Origin: an uncultured delta proteobacterium
GTDB taxonomy: Bacteria > Myxococcota_A > Polyangia > Fen-1088
Length of the DNA stretch: 64,000 nucleotides
Assembly (NCBI GenBank): GCA_963796685.1
Contig: CAWCMR010000010.1
Location: 151,943 to 215,942, forward strand
Reading direction: 5' to 3'
Part shown: piece after piece, positions 44,546-52,881 of the stretch
Position numbering within the stretch: position 1 is the stretch's first letter
Layout: the number at the start of each line of letters is the position of its first letter
Notes under the pieces: model-generated
Told to the model about the DNA's origin: nothing
What the model saw: the letters and a program-made list of their open reading frames with translations, nothing else
Databases searched by the model: none
Program-made: the position numbers and the translations under genes

Positions 44546-45280
44546 ATGACCAGACTGAATGGAAAGACCGCCGTGATCACCGGCGGCGCTACCGGCATCG
44601 GTCGCGCAGCAGCAAAGCGCTTCATTGAGGAGGGCGCCTTCGTCTTCATCTTCGGCCGACGGCAGGATGCGCTCGACGCCGCTGTGGCCCACCTCGGGGC
44701 CAATGCCCGCGCGGTGAAGGGCTCAGTCTCGGATGAGGCTGACCTCGACCGGCTCTACGCGGCGGTGAAGGCCGAGCGCGCCGCCCTCCACATCGTCTTC
44801 GCCAATGCCGGCGCGGGAAGCCCGCTTCCGCTCGGCAAGATCACCGCCGAGCACATTGACGAAACCTTCGACACCAATGTGAAGGGTACGATCTTCACGG
44901 TCCAGAAGGCGCTGCCGCTGATGGGCAAGGGCGGTTCGATCATCCTGACAGGATCGAGCGCCGGCACCACGGGCGCCCCGGCAATGAGCGCCTACAGCGC
45001 GAGCAAGGCGGCAGTGCGCAACCTCGCGCGGACCTGGGCGGAGGACCTGAAGGGCACCGGCATCCGGGTAAACGTGCTGTCGCCCGGGGCGACGGCGACC
45101 GAGCTCGCGAAGGCAGCGCTAGGCGAGGAAGGCCAGAAGGTCTACGCCTCGATGACTCCGCTCCAGCGCATGGCCGATCCGTCCGAGATCGCCGCGGCGG
45201 CCGCCTTCCTCGCGTCGTCGGACAGCAGCTTCATGACCGCCAGTGAGGTCGCCGTTGACGGTGGCCTAGCGCAAATCTGA
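44546..45280 (+). CDS. SDR family oxidoreductase
   Basis: TGGATGIG, FANAG, YSASK and AVDGG motifs; ATG at 44546. Confidence 0.93.
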   Translation: MTRLNGKTAVITGGATGIGRAAAKRFIEEGAFVFIFGRRQDALDAAVAHLGANARAVKGSVSDEADLDRLYAAVKAERAALHIVFANAGAGSPLPLGKITAEHIDETFDTNVKGTIFTVQKALPLMGKGGSIILTGSSAGTTGAPAMSAYSASKAAVRNLARTWAEDLKGTGIRVNVLSPGATATELAKAALGEEGQKVYASMTPLQRMADPSEIAAAAAFLASSDSSFMTASEVAVDGGLAQI

Positions 45281-45324
45281 CGCGAAGATGCGTTCTAACA
45301 ACTATAAACAGAAAGAGAAGACAT

Positions 45325-45400
45325 ATGAGCAACAACAACGGACAAAAACAGTTGACGGGGGCATGGCGCAGGTCTGAGCTACGCGATTGTAGGATTCGGT
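45325..45400 (+). pseudogene. Collapsed remnant: gene start, SDR 3' end and start of an NAD(P) oxidoreductase
   Basis: cagttgacgggggcatggcgcaggtctga and tgagctacgcgattgtaggattcgg both recur, separated by a spacer, at 46496-46605. Confidence 0.6.
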
Positions 45401-45554
45401 CTGCTTCTCCTGTATCAAGCACCACGGGGCTGCAGAACGAAGCCATTGATCGAGCGACGCCAGGAGTCTGTTGCGCGTGCGCCCTCTCATATGCTGTTCC
45501 AAGCCAGACGCGGGTGTCACGCTGGCTCTTTGAGAGAGATGGAGGAGTCCAATC

Positions 45555-46160
45555 ATGCGTTCTGATATCGTGCCCGGAGGCATTTTCCCCGACTATGAGC
45601 TGCCCGATCACACCAGCAGAGTGCGCAAGCTCAGCGAGCTACAGGGCGATGATCCACTGATCCTTACGCTTTCGCGTGGCCACTATTGCCCGAAGGAGCA
45701 CCAGCAGCATCTGGATCTCGCCGCGTTTTACCCAAAGATTGCGGTGGCTTACACGCAGATCGTCACCATCGCCACCGACGATCACCATACGCTGCAGGAA
45801 TTCCGCGCGTCGGTCGGAGCCGGGTGGCCATTCCTCTCGGACCCTGACCGAACGGTTCAGAAGGATCTCGACATTCAGGAGTACACCGATCCCGAGCACA
45901 ATCCGATGATCCCGCATACGCTCGTCCTCAAGCCGGGCCTCGTGATCTACAGCATCTACAACGGTTACTGGTTCTGGGGGCGTCCGTCGGTCGTTGATCT
46001 TTGGCACGATCTGCGTGCCGCGATGAGTGGAATCCGCCCAGACTGGGATCTGAGTGCCCCTGGACTCCGCGAGGCATGGAATGCGGGTGACTTCTCGTCT
46101 TTCCACGGCTGGAACAAGCAGGCCGGTTTGAAAAACGCCTCGACTACACGGAAGAAGTAG
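45555..46160 (+). CDS. Redoxin (AhpC/TSA-like) domain protein
   Basis: FPDYELPD, RGHYCPKE, FLSDPDR and IPHTLVL motifs; GGAGGAG RBS. Confidence 0.85.
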   Translation: MRSDIVPGGIFPDYELPDHTSRVRKLSELQGDDPLILTLSRGHYCPKEHQQHLDLAAFYPKIAVAYTQIVTIATDDHHTLQEFRASVGAGWPFLSDPDRTVQKDLDIQEYTDPEHNPMIPHTLVLKPGLVIYSIYNGYWFWGRPSVVDLWHDLRAAMSGIRPDWDLSAPGLREAWNAGDFSSFHGWNKQAGLKNASTTRKK

Positions 46161-46199
46161 CACAGTCACTAAGTTCAGGAAGAATGGCGGCCGCGACCA

Positions 46200-46300
46200 T
46201 TAGCGACGTGTCGAGAGTCGGCGCTGGGAAACGCGGGCCAAGTGGAGGCCGAACCAGCGTCGCTCGTCGTACCAGGTTCGCTCCAGACGAAAGCCGGCGT
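46200..46300 (-). pseudogene. Possible 3' remnant of an EgtD-like methyltransferase
   Basis: [23 protein letters not shown] resembles the EgtD C-terminus; fragment only. Confidence 0.4.
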
Positions 46301-46302
46301 CG

Positions 46303-46524
46303 ATGAGCCCCGGAGCAATCGATACCCCGGCCTTAGCGACGACGACGGGCCTTACCGCTGAACAGGCTGAGCAAGCGGCCGCGCAGTTCGCCACGCAGAT
46401 CCCGATGGGTCGCAGAGGCAAGCCCGAGGAAATTGCGGCAGCAGTCGCGTTCCTCGCCTCCAATGAAAGTTCCTATATTACCGGCGCGGATCTCGCAGTT
46501 GACGGGGGCATGGCGCAGGTCTGA
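46303..46524 (+). pseudogene. C-terminal remnant of a second SDR
   Basis: SPGAIDTP…[21 protein letters not shown]…[12 protein letters not shown]; followed by a truncated MSYAIVGFG start at 46579. Confidence 0.8.
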
Positions 46525-46639
46525 CCCCGGCGCGGTCGCATCTCGAACTTTAGTTCTAACACGAGATCGGAAAGACATCATGAGCTATGCAATTGTAGGA
46601 TTCGGCCTCGTCGCTGGAGAGGGTGGCTTGATTCTCGAA

Positions 46640-47172
46640 GATCCGATCGTGCATTCCCGAACACGCCAGCGTACTCGTTCTGGACGTCCTCGCCATATGC
46701 AAGCTCGTCCGGCTACGCGTGGTGCGTCGACTTCAGCTACGGCGTCGGCTCGGTCTACAATGGTGTGGGCTACGGCAACAGCGTGCGCTGCGTTCGAGGT
46801 TCACGCTGTTATCCCACCACCCGTTTCGTGGTGCAGGGCGGCCGGTGGGTGCGGGACACTCTCACCCAACTCACGTGGCAACAGCAGGCGAGTAGCACGA
46901 CCATGGACTGGGCGGATGCCCAGACCCATTGTTCTTCGGCGGGATTTCGCTTGCCCACGGTCAAGGAGTTGGGCTCGCTGGTTGACCTTACGGTTACCGT
47001 TGGAGCGACGATCAATCAGACCGCGTTTCCGGCCACCTCGGCCGAATGGTTCTGGACGTCCTCGCCGTATGTTGGCTCGTCCGGCTACTTCGCTTGCGGC
47101 ATCAACTTCGGCAACGGCGTCTCGAACGGCAATAACGTGAGCGGCAACGACTGGGTACGCTGCGTCCGCTGA
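46640..47172 (+). pseudogene. 5'-truncated tandem DUF1566 (Lcl/C-type-lectin-like) protein
   Basis: Two AFP…FWTSSPY…F..G…VRCVR ends; DTLTQLTWQQ, MDWADAQTHC and FRLPTVKEL motifs. Confidence 0.8.
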
Positions 47173-47288
47173 GGACGGGGACGTTTCGGCATCATGCGGT
47201 GCGAGCAGAAATGAATCGCGTTGCTTTGATCATCGCCATGGCCTTGGCTTGCTCTTCCAGGCCGCTCGGTACGCACGCTTTGGATGGC

Positions 47289-47761
47289 GGGGCGCCTCGG
47301 TAGGCAGTCCCATGGCTTTGAGAATCTTCTTGATGGTGCCCTCGGTCTCGATCATGGCGATGAGATGCAGCGGGCTCTTGCAGCGAGGGCAGACGGTGTC
47401 GATCCCGAATGTCCTTTTGAGGAGCTGGCTCCAAGAAATGTAGTGTGAAAGGGGCGGTGAAGGCGTGTCCTTCTCCTCGGGTGCCGCCACGGCGGGGACG
47501 GGGACGACTTGGCTGCGGAGAGAGCTGTGCGAGGAGATAACCCCCGAGTATCTGACGACATGCCGACGAGGAGGGGGCACGATCGCGGCTAGCCTGGCAA
47601 TGAGGGCGAGCGGCGCAAGGTCGACCGACGAGGTGCCATCCGACCAAGGCCGCTTGAGCTCCAGCCTCACGTCTCCGCCGTCGAGGATTTTCAAGCGGTC
47701 GTTGGCGAGAGGCGGGCGCAAGATGTACTTGCACAGGTTTTCGCGACCCTTCTTGTCGTTG
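47289..47761 (-). mobile_element. 3' fragment of an IS91/ISCR-family transposase
   Basis: ENLCKYILRPPLA, LKRPWSDGT, PPPRRHVVRYSGV and CPRC motifs; homologous to about 51579-52084. Confidence 0.85.
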
Positions 47762-47941
47762 CACCATGAGGTCGCGCGGCAGTACTGGTCGATGGATGGG
47801 CGGGCCGAATGGCTGGGCGTATAATATGAATACACGCGCAAGAACCGAACGCCATAGGGGCGGCTCCACACCGTCATGAACACCATCGAACACTCGAATT
47901 AGTTGTGGACCTGCAGGTACACAACTGCTAACATCTTTTGG

Positions 47942-48520
47942 ATGGGAAGACCGAGAGCGTTCGACATCGACAATGCCCTCTCAGCAGCGACGGATCTGTT
48001 TTGGCGCAACGGCTACGGAACGACGACACCATCCGCACTGGTAGACGCTCTTGGAATAGGCAAAGGAAGCTTCTACAACGCGTTCGAGAGCAAGCATGCT
48101 TTGTTTGAGCAAGTGCTCCGCCGGTACGGTGATGCTCGAGTCGCAAGCGTGACCCAAGCGCTCGATGATCCGGGGCCCGTGCGGGCGCGGCTGGTAGCGG
48201 CCCTGGCGCGAATTGCGGCACCAGAGAACGCCAAGGTTCGCCGTCGCGGCTGCCTTGCAGTGAACAGCGTGGCGGAGCGCGGTCCGCGTGACAAGTTGGT
48301 GCTGAGGATCGTGGTCGGTGTATTCGCGCGGATGGAGCGAGGGTTTCAGCGAACCATCGAGGAGGGGCAACAAAGCGGCGAGTTGCGGTCTGACCGCGAC
48401 CCGAAGGAACTCGCCGCAATTCTGCTCACCTTTTACCTCGGCACGACGATTACAGCGAGGACGCTTCGTAAACCTGAACATGTCAGAACTGCCGTCCACG
48501 CCCTGATAGCGCTCCTATGA
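47942..48520 (+). CDS. TetR/AcrR family transcriptional regulator
   Basis: MGRPRAFD…FWRNGY…GIGKGSFYNAFESKHALF and GCLAVN motifs. Confidence 0.92.
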   Translation: MGRPRAFDIDNALSAATDLFWRNGYGTTTPSALVDALGIGKGSFYNAFESKHALFEQVLRRYGDARVASVTQALDDPGPVRARLVAALARIAAPENAKVRRRGCLAVNSVAERGPRDKLVLRIVVGVFARMERGFQRTIEEGQQSGELRSDRDPKELAAILLTFYLGTTITARTLRKPEHVRTAVHALIALL

Positions 48521-48530
48521 GGACCCGATC

Positions 48531-49145
48531 ATGACCGGCAAGCTCCAGCTCGATCCGAAGACCTCCACCCTCCTCGTCATGGATTTTCAGACGGCCATCG
48601 TGGCGATGGTCCCCACGGATACGGAGGCTCTACTCGCACGAACGGCCAGCCTCATCGACGCGGCTCGCAAGGCCGAGATGAAGGTCGTCTACGTCGTCGT
48701 TGGATTCCGCGCCGGTTACCCCGAGTCGAGCCCGCGCAACAAGAACCTGAGCGTCGTCGTGGGGAGCGGGCAGTTCGCCGAGGGCGCAGCCGGTTCCAAG
48801 GTGCATCCCGCCGTCGCACCGAAGCCTGGTGATGTCGTCGTGACGAAGCATCGGGTGGGCGCCTTCGCCGGAACGGATCTCGACATGATCCTTCGATCAG
48901 GCGGCATTGAGACGCTCGTACTCGCCGGGATCGCCACGAGCGGGGTCGTGCTGTCGACGGTTCGACATGCGGCCGACGCGGACTACCGCTTGGTCGTCGT
49001 GACCGACTGCTGCTCCGACGGCGACGCCGAGGTGCACCGCCTCCTGACCGAGAAGGTGTTTGTGAGGCAAACCACCTTATCGACCGCGGAGGCCGTCATC
49101 GCGGCGGTTGCCCCGGCTACTTTCCGAACCAACCGAGGTACGTGA
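48531..49145 (+). CDS. Isochorismatase/cysteine-hydrolase family protein
   Basis: LLVMDFQ, VVTKHRVGAFAGTDL and GIATSGVVLST…DCC motifs. Confidence 0.9.
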   Translation: MTGKLQLDPKTSTLLVMDFQTAIVAMVPTDTEALLARTASLIDAARKAEMKVVYVVVGFRAGYPESSPRNKNLSVVVGSGQFAEGAAGSKVHPAVAPKPGDVVVTKHRVGAFAGTDLDMILRSGGIETLVLAGIATSGVVLSTVRHAADADYRLVVVTDCCSDGDAEVHRLLTEKVFVRQTTLSTAEAVIAAVAPATFRTNRGT

Positions 49146-49724
49146 TGGGTGCGTGCCGCGGCGTGAACTTCTGGGATACAGCCGAAGCCTACGGCTTGCT
49201 GAAGGTCTCCGGCTTTTTCCTTCTTGTGTTGCCTCCGGGTTGGTTGGGATGAAGCGAAGAGTGAGCGGTCGAAGCAAGCTTGGTCGATGGTGATCAAGCT
49301 GATATTCGAGGGTTTCGTCGGGCTGGCTTACCTCAGGGTCTGCCAGTACAGCGCGTAGCCCGTGGCTTTGCCTACCGACGCCCTCTGCTACGCCGTCAGG
49401 TGTGGATGCTGTGGAGCGCGGTGCTTCCGGTGTGGGACATCATGATGGGGGCTTGGGTCTATCCGAGAGAGACCGTCACCGAAGTGGAGGGCGAGAATTG
49501 TGGCACAAGACCACGAGTGCCGGCTAACCAGGAGAGGAAATCTACGGATAGGCTTCAGGCAGCAGCAGCCGCTCGAGGGCTTCACGAGGTGGGTCGGCCG
49601 CCAACTCGTTTCCCCGCCCCGCCAGATCCACGGCATTCAAGACATTGCCGACATAGAAAACCGAGGCCGCCATGCCAGCAGCGGTTGCGGTCAGGTAGAA
49701 GCGGCGGGATGCCAGCTCCGCCGT

Positions 49725-50074
49725 CGCGCTCGGAGGAAGAGCTGAATCTCGCCCACATCAATGCCGAGGACTTCGCGGTGCAACTACGCGACCTGGTCCT
49801 GCGCGCGGCCCGCAGCGTCCGCACCGCAGGCACGCGCGTGGTCCTCGGCCAGCGCGAGGTCGAGTTCGCGCAACTGAACCTCGAGGCCGAGCGCGCCCGT
49901 TTTCAAGCCGGCCGGGCCACCAACAACGACGTGCTCTTACGCCAGCAAGAGCTCAAGGACGCCCAAACGCGCCTGTTACGAGCGACCGTGGATCAGAACG
50001 AATCCGAGGCGGCCCTCTCCGCCGCCACGGCCGAAATCCTTGACCGCTACGGCGTTGTTCTCAAGGGCCTATAG
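49725..50074 (+). pseudogene. 3' remnant of a TolC-family outer membrane protein
   Basis: AQLNLEAERARFQAGRATNNDVLLRQQEL; the upstream part of ORF 49280 does not look protein-like. Confidence 0.72.
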
Positions 50075-50101
50075 CTCAGCTCGGAGAGCCCGACGCCTGG
50101 C
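50065..50101 (+). other. tRNA-like 5' half (Ala/Ile-type); not a complete tRNA
   Basis: GGGCCTATAGCTCAGCTCGGAGAGC matches the common tRNA-Ala start GGGGCTATAGCTCAGCTGGGAGAGC at 23/25; no T-arm follows. Confidence 0.35.
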
Positions 50102-50116
50102 CGCCCATCAAGCGAA

Positions 50117-51163
50117 TCAAGGATTGACGGCGACGCAGTTCCCGTTCACGCACGCAGGAATCATTCGCCCGCAGGACGGATCAGCCGGCGGCGCACAGGT
50201 CGCGCATGCACTTTGCGCCGCTGAATTCAGATTGCTTACGAAGCTGGAGGACATCGTACTCGGCAGAGGAATGTTGCAGCTCCAAGCGCAGAGATTGTTT
50301 TCCGATACGAGGACGCAATCCGAACTGTTCTTGCATCCGCTGGAGCTGTATTTGGTGAGCATGGACGCGCGTATCGAGGCGTAACTCTGCTGTCCTTGCG
50401 TGCAGGCATTCGGCGGGTCAGGAACGCACGTTGGGCAGCAGGCTCCGACCGCCGTTTCGAGGTGCGTTCCACTGGCACAGCTAAGGTCAGGGCAAGGGCT
50501 ACAACCCGTGTCTGTGCAGGTGGGACAACAAGCATTCGGATCTTGGACGATCTTCTTGCACGAAGACGGAATTGACGGACAGACCACCGTGGCGCACGAC
50601 GGAGCCCCGCCAGCGTCTTTCGCCGCGCCAGCATCGGAAGGCGCGCACGTTGGACAGCCACAGGGATCCGCACTTGGCTGGTATCCGTTCACGCATGCCA
50701 GCATCGGGCACGCGACGAGCACGCATCCTCCCGTGCCGCCAAAGCCAGGAGCACCCGCAAGGCCTGGCGCCCCTCCAGAAGACACAGCGCCTCCCAAGCC
50801 CTGCGCACCGCCTGAAGCGCTGGGGGGTGGGGCGCACTCGCCGCAGCCGCATGGAGAAGTGGATGGTAGGTACCCATAGGGACAGGCGTAGCACGGAGTT
50901 TGAATGCATCCCCCCGTGCCGCTATTTCCGCCGGACCCAGCTTGGCTCCCGCCAGTACCACCGGCCAGGAGTCCCCCGCTACCGACAGCCCCACCCGAGC
51001 CGGCCATGGTACCAGCGGTGCCGCCACCTGGCTGACCGCCGTTCGCACCACCAGAACCACCACCACTGCCCCCACCTGAGCTCAGCCCGGATCGATTGCC
51101 ACACGCCAGTCCCAACAGGCCAGCCACCGTAAGGGCTGCAATGCTCTTGGACATCTTGCGCAT
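50117..51163 (-). CDS. Gly-rich, Cys-repeat lipoprotein
   Basis: CAGGAG RBS; lipobox LLGLAC; four CxxxxCxxxxC…CxCPxC or CCPxC modules plus a C-terminal Cys domain. Confidence 0.82.
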   Translation of the reverse strand: MRKMSKSIAALTVAGLLGLACGNRSGLSSGGGSGGGSGGANGGQPGGGTAGTMAGSGGAVGSGGLLAGGTGGSQAGSGGNSGTGGCIQTPCYACPYGYLPSTSPCGCGECAPPPSASGGAQGLGGAVSSGGAPGLAGAPGFGGTGGCVLVACPMLACVNGYQPSADPCGCPTCAPSDAGAAKDAGGAPSCATVVCPSIPSSCKKIVQDPNACCPTCTDTGCSPCPDLSCASGTHLETAVGACCPTCVPDPPNACTQGQQSYASIRASMLTKYSSSGCKNSSDCVLVSENNLCAWSCNIPLPSTMSSSFVSNLNSAAQSACATCAPPADPSCGRMIPACVNGNCVAVNP

Positions 51164-51339
51164 TCGATGCTCCTGGTACGTAGTCACACAGCAATCCACA
51201 TGCCGATGAGCGTGCGCCGATTTCTGCAGTGATTCTTGCATATTCACGCGCCTATCGACCTGGGAGCTCTCAAGAATCTGAGACTAGCCCGCAAAATGGC
51301 GGGAGGGCCATGCCTGCACCTCTTGCGGCGCATAGGGGC

Positions 51340-52677
51340 CATAGGCGATTCGAAGGGGGTTTTTGAGCGTCTGAGAACCCTGCCGGACCGCATTAGGTTG
51401 GCCCCGATCACCTCTGCGCAGCGCACTTGAGCGGGTTTCTGGGGCCTGACGGGGCGGTATCGGACACACAGGGCAGGGCAGTCTACTCCAACCCGCCCTG
51501 GTCGACGTGCCGTCAGTTCAGCCAGTCTCCGCCCTCGCCATCAGATTGCGAGGGCGGCGGTCGTGCAGGCCAGAGTTTGGGCGCCTCGGTAGGCAGTCCC
51601 ATGGCTTTGAGAATCTTCTTGATGGTGCCTTCGGTCTCGAATGTCCTTTTGAGGAGCTGGCTCCAAGAAATGTAGTGTGAAAGGGGCAGTGAAGGCGTGT
51701 CCTTCTCCTCGGGTGCCGCCACGGCGGGGACGGGGACGACTTGGCTGCGGAGAGAGCTGTGCGAGGAGATAACCCCCGAGTATCTGACGACATGCCGACG
51801 AGGAGGGGGCACGATCGCGGCTAGCCCGGCAATGAGGGCGAGCGGCGCAAGGTCGACCGACGAGGTGCCATCCGTCCAAGGCCGCTTGAGCTCCAGCCTC
51901 ACGTCTCCGCCGTCGAGGATTTTCAAGCGGTCGTCGACATGGAAACCCTGGAAGGGTTTCCAAACCTTCCCGCGATGGTTCGCGGCCGGCAAAGCCGGCC
52001 GGCTTCCCACGCGACCGGCCAGCGGCGGCGAGAGGCGGGCGCAAGATGTACTTGCACAGGTTCTCGCGACCCTTCTTGTCGTTGGCGGCGACCTTGGTTT
52101 GAGCATGCAGGTTGAACCCGCTGCTGGCCGCAAAGCTTGCCCTTGGCCGCGCCCAGGGGCGTATAGGCCATTGAGGTGGAGGACATGAAAATGCGGTGAG
52201 AGACGCAGGTCGCTGTTGGCGCGCTGGATGACCGTGACGGCGCCACACTCGCCGTCGGTAGTGCCCCGATCTGCCAGGCGCTTGCGATAGTTGGACGCCA
52301 CGGTGTCGATGAAGATGCGCAGGACTTGGCCCAGCAATTTCCCGTCGAAGGCCAAGGGAAATCTCAGCGAGAAAGGCAGCGTCAGCACGAATTGTCGGAT
52401 GGGTACCTCGGGCAGCACGTGATCGACCAGAGTTAGCGCCCCCGCGTTCATGCGCCGGCAGTTGGGCGAAGCCTCGCGCCAAGACGCCGCAGCCCAGGAA
52501 GTCGCGTAGCTCCTCGGTCACGAAGCTGGGCAGGGTGCGGCCGTCGGACTTGTCGGTCCACTCTTGCTCGAAGGTGAGCAGGTGCTGCTGGAGCACCTGA
52601 AAAGGTGCGGCCTTCTCGGGCTCCCGGCGGGCATAGGTGTAGCCGGTCGCAGGTTTTGCGCATACGGCCGCCTCCAT
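51340..52677 (-). mobile_element. Degenerate IS91/ISCR-family rolling-circle element
   Basis: YARREPEK, FLGCGVLARGF, LVDHVLPEVPIRQFVLTLP, HUH motif PHFHV and KYILRP; multiple deletions; oriIS-like CCCTTCGAATCGCCTATG on the minus strand at 51340-51357. Confidence 0.85.
51935..52026. repeat. About 90-bp palindromic insertion (MITE/REP-like) within the IS91 transposase
   Basis: Absent from the homologous copy at about 47700; contains hairpins GGAAACCCT-gga-AGGGTTTCC and GGCCGGC-aaa-GCCGGCC. Confidence 0.75.
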
Positions 52678-52745
52678 GAAGGAGGGTTCTCGGCGAGCGG
52701 GTCACGGAAGGTGCGTGTTTCAGGTCAGCCGGTGTTGCGCCCGGG

Positions 52746-52852
52746 CCGCGGCGCGCTTCTGGCTGGCAGCGTCGTCGAGGTGGAGATTCAGGTGCGCGTG
52801 CCAAGCCTGATCGAAATACCGGTGGAGGCCTTGGTGACGCGCGGGACGCATT
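52746..52852 (+). pseudogene. Diverged internal fragment of the MFP gene (third copy)
   Basis: GALLAGSVVEVEIQVRVPSLIEIPVEALVTRGTH versus GAILAGSFVEVEIRVRVPSLVEMPVEALVMRGTH in the MFP. Confidence 0.85.
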
Positions 52853-52881
52853 CGCGCAGGTCGCTCTCTAGCTCGCCGATT

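Noticed and set aside
46640-47172. Complete diversity-generating retroelement
   Set aside because: No reverse transcriptase, accessory gene or AAC-rich template repeat in the window.
49280-50074. 264-aa ORF as a real gene
   Set aside because: Only the last ~115 aa are TolC-like; the rest is open frame across unrelated scraps.
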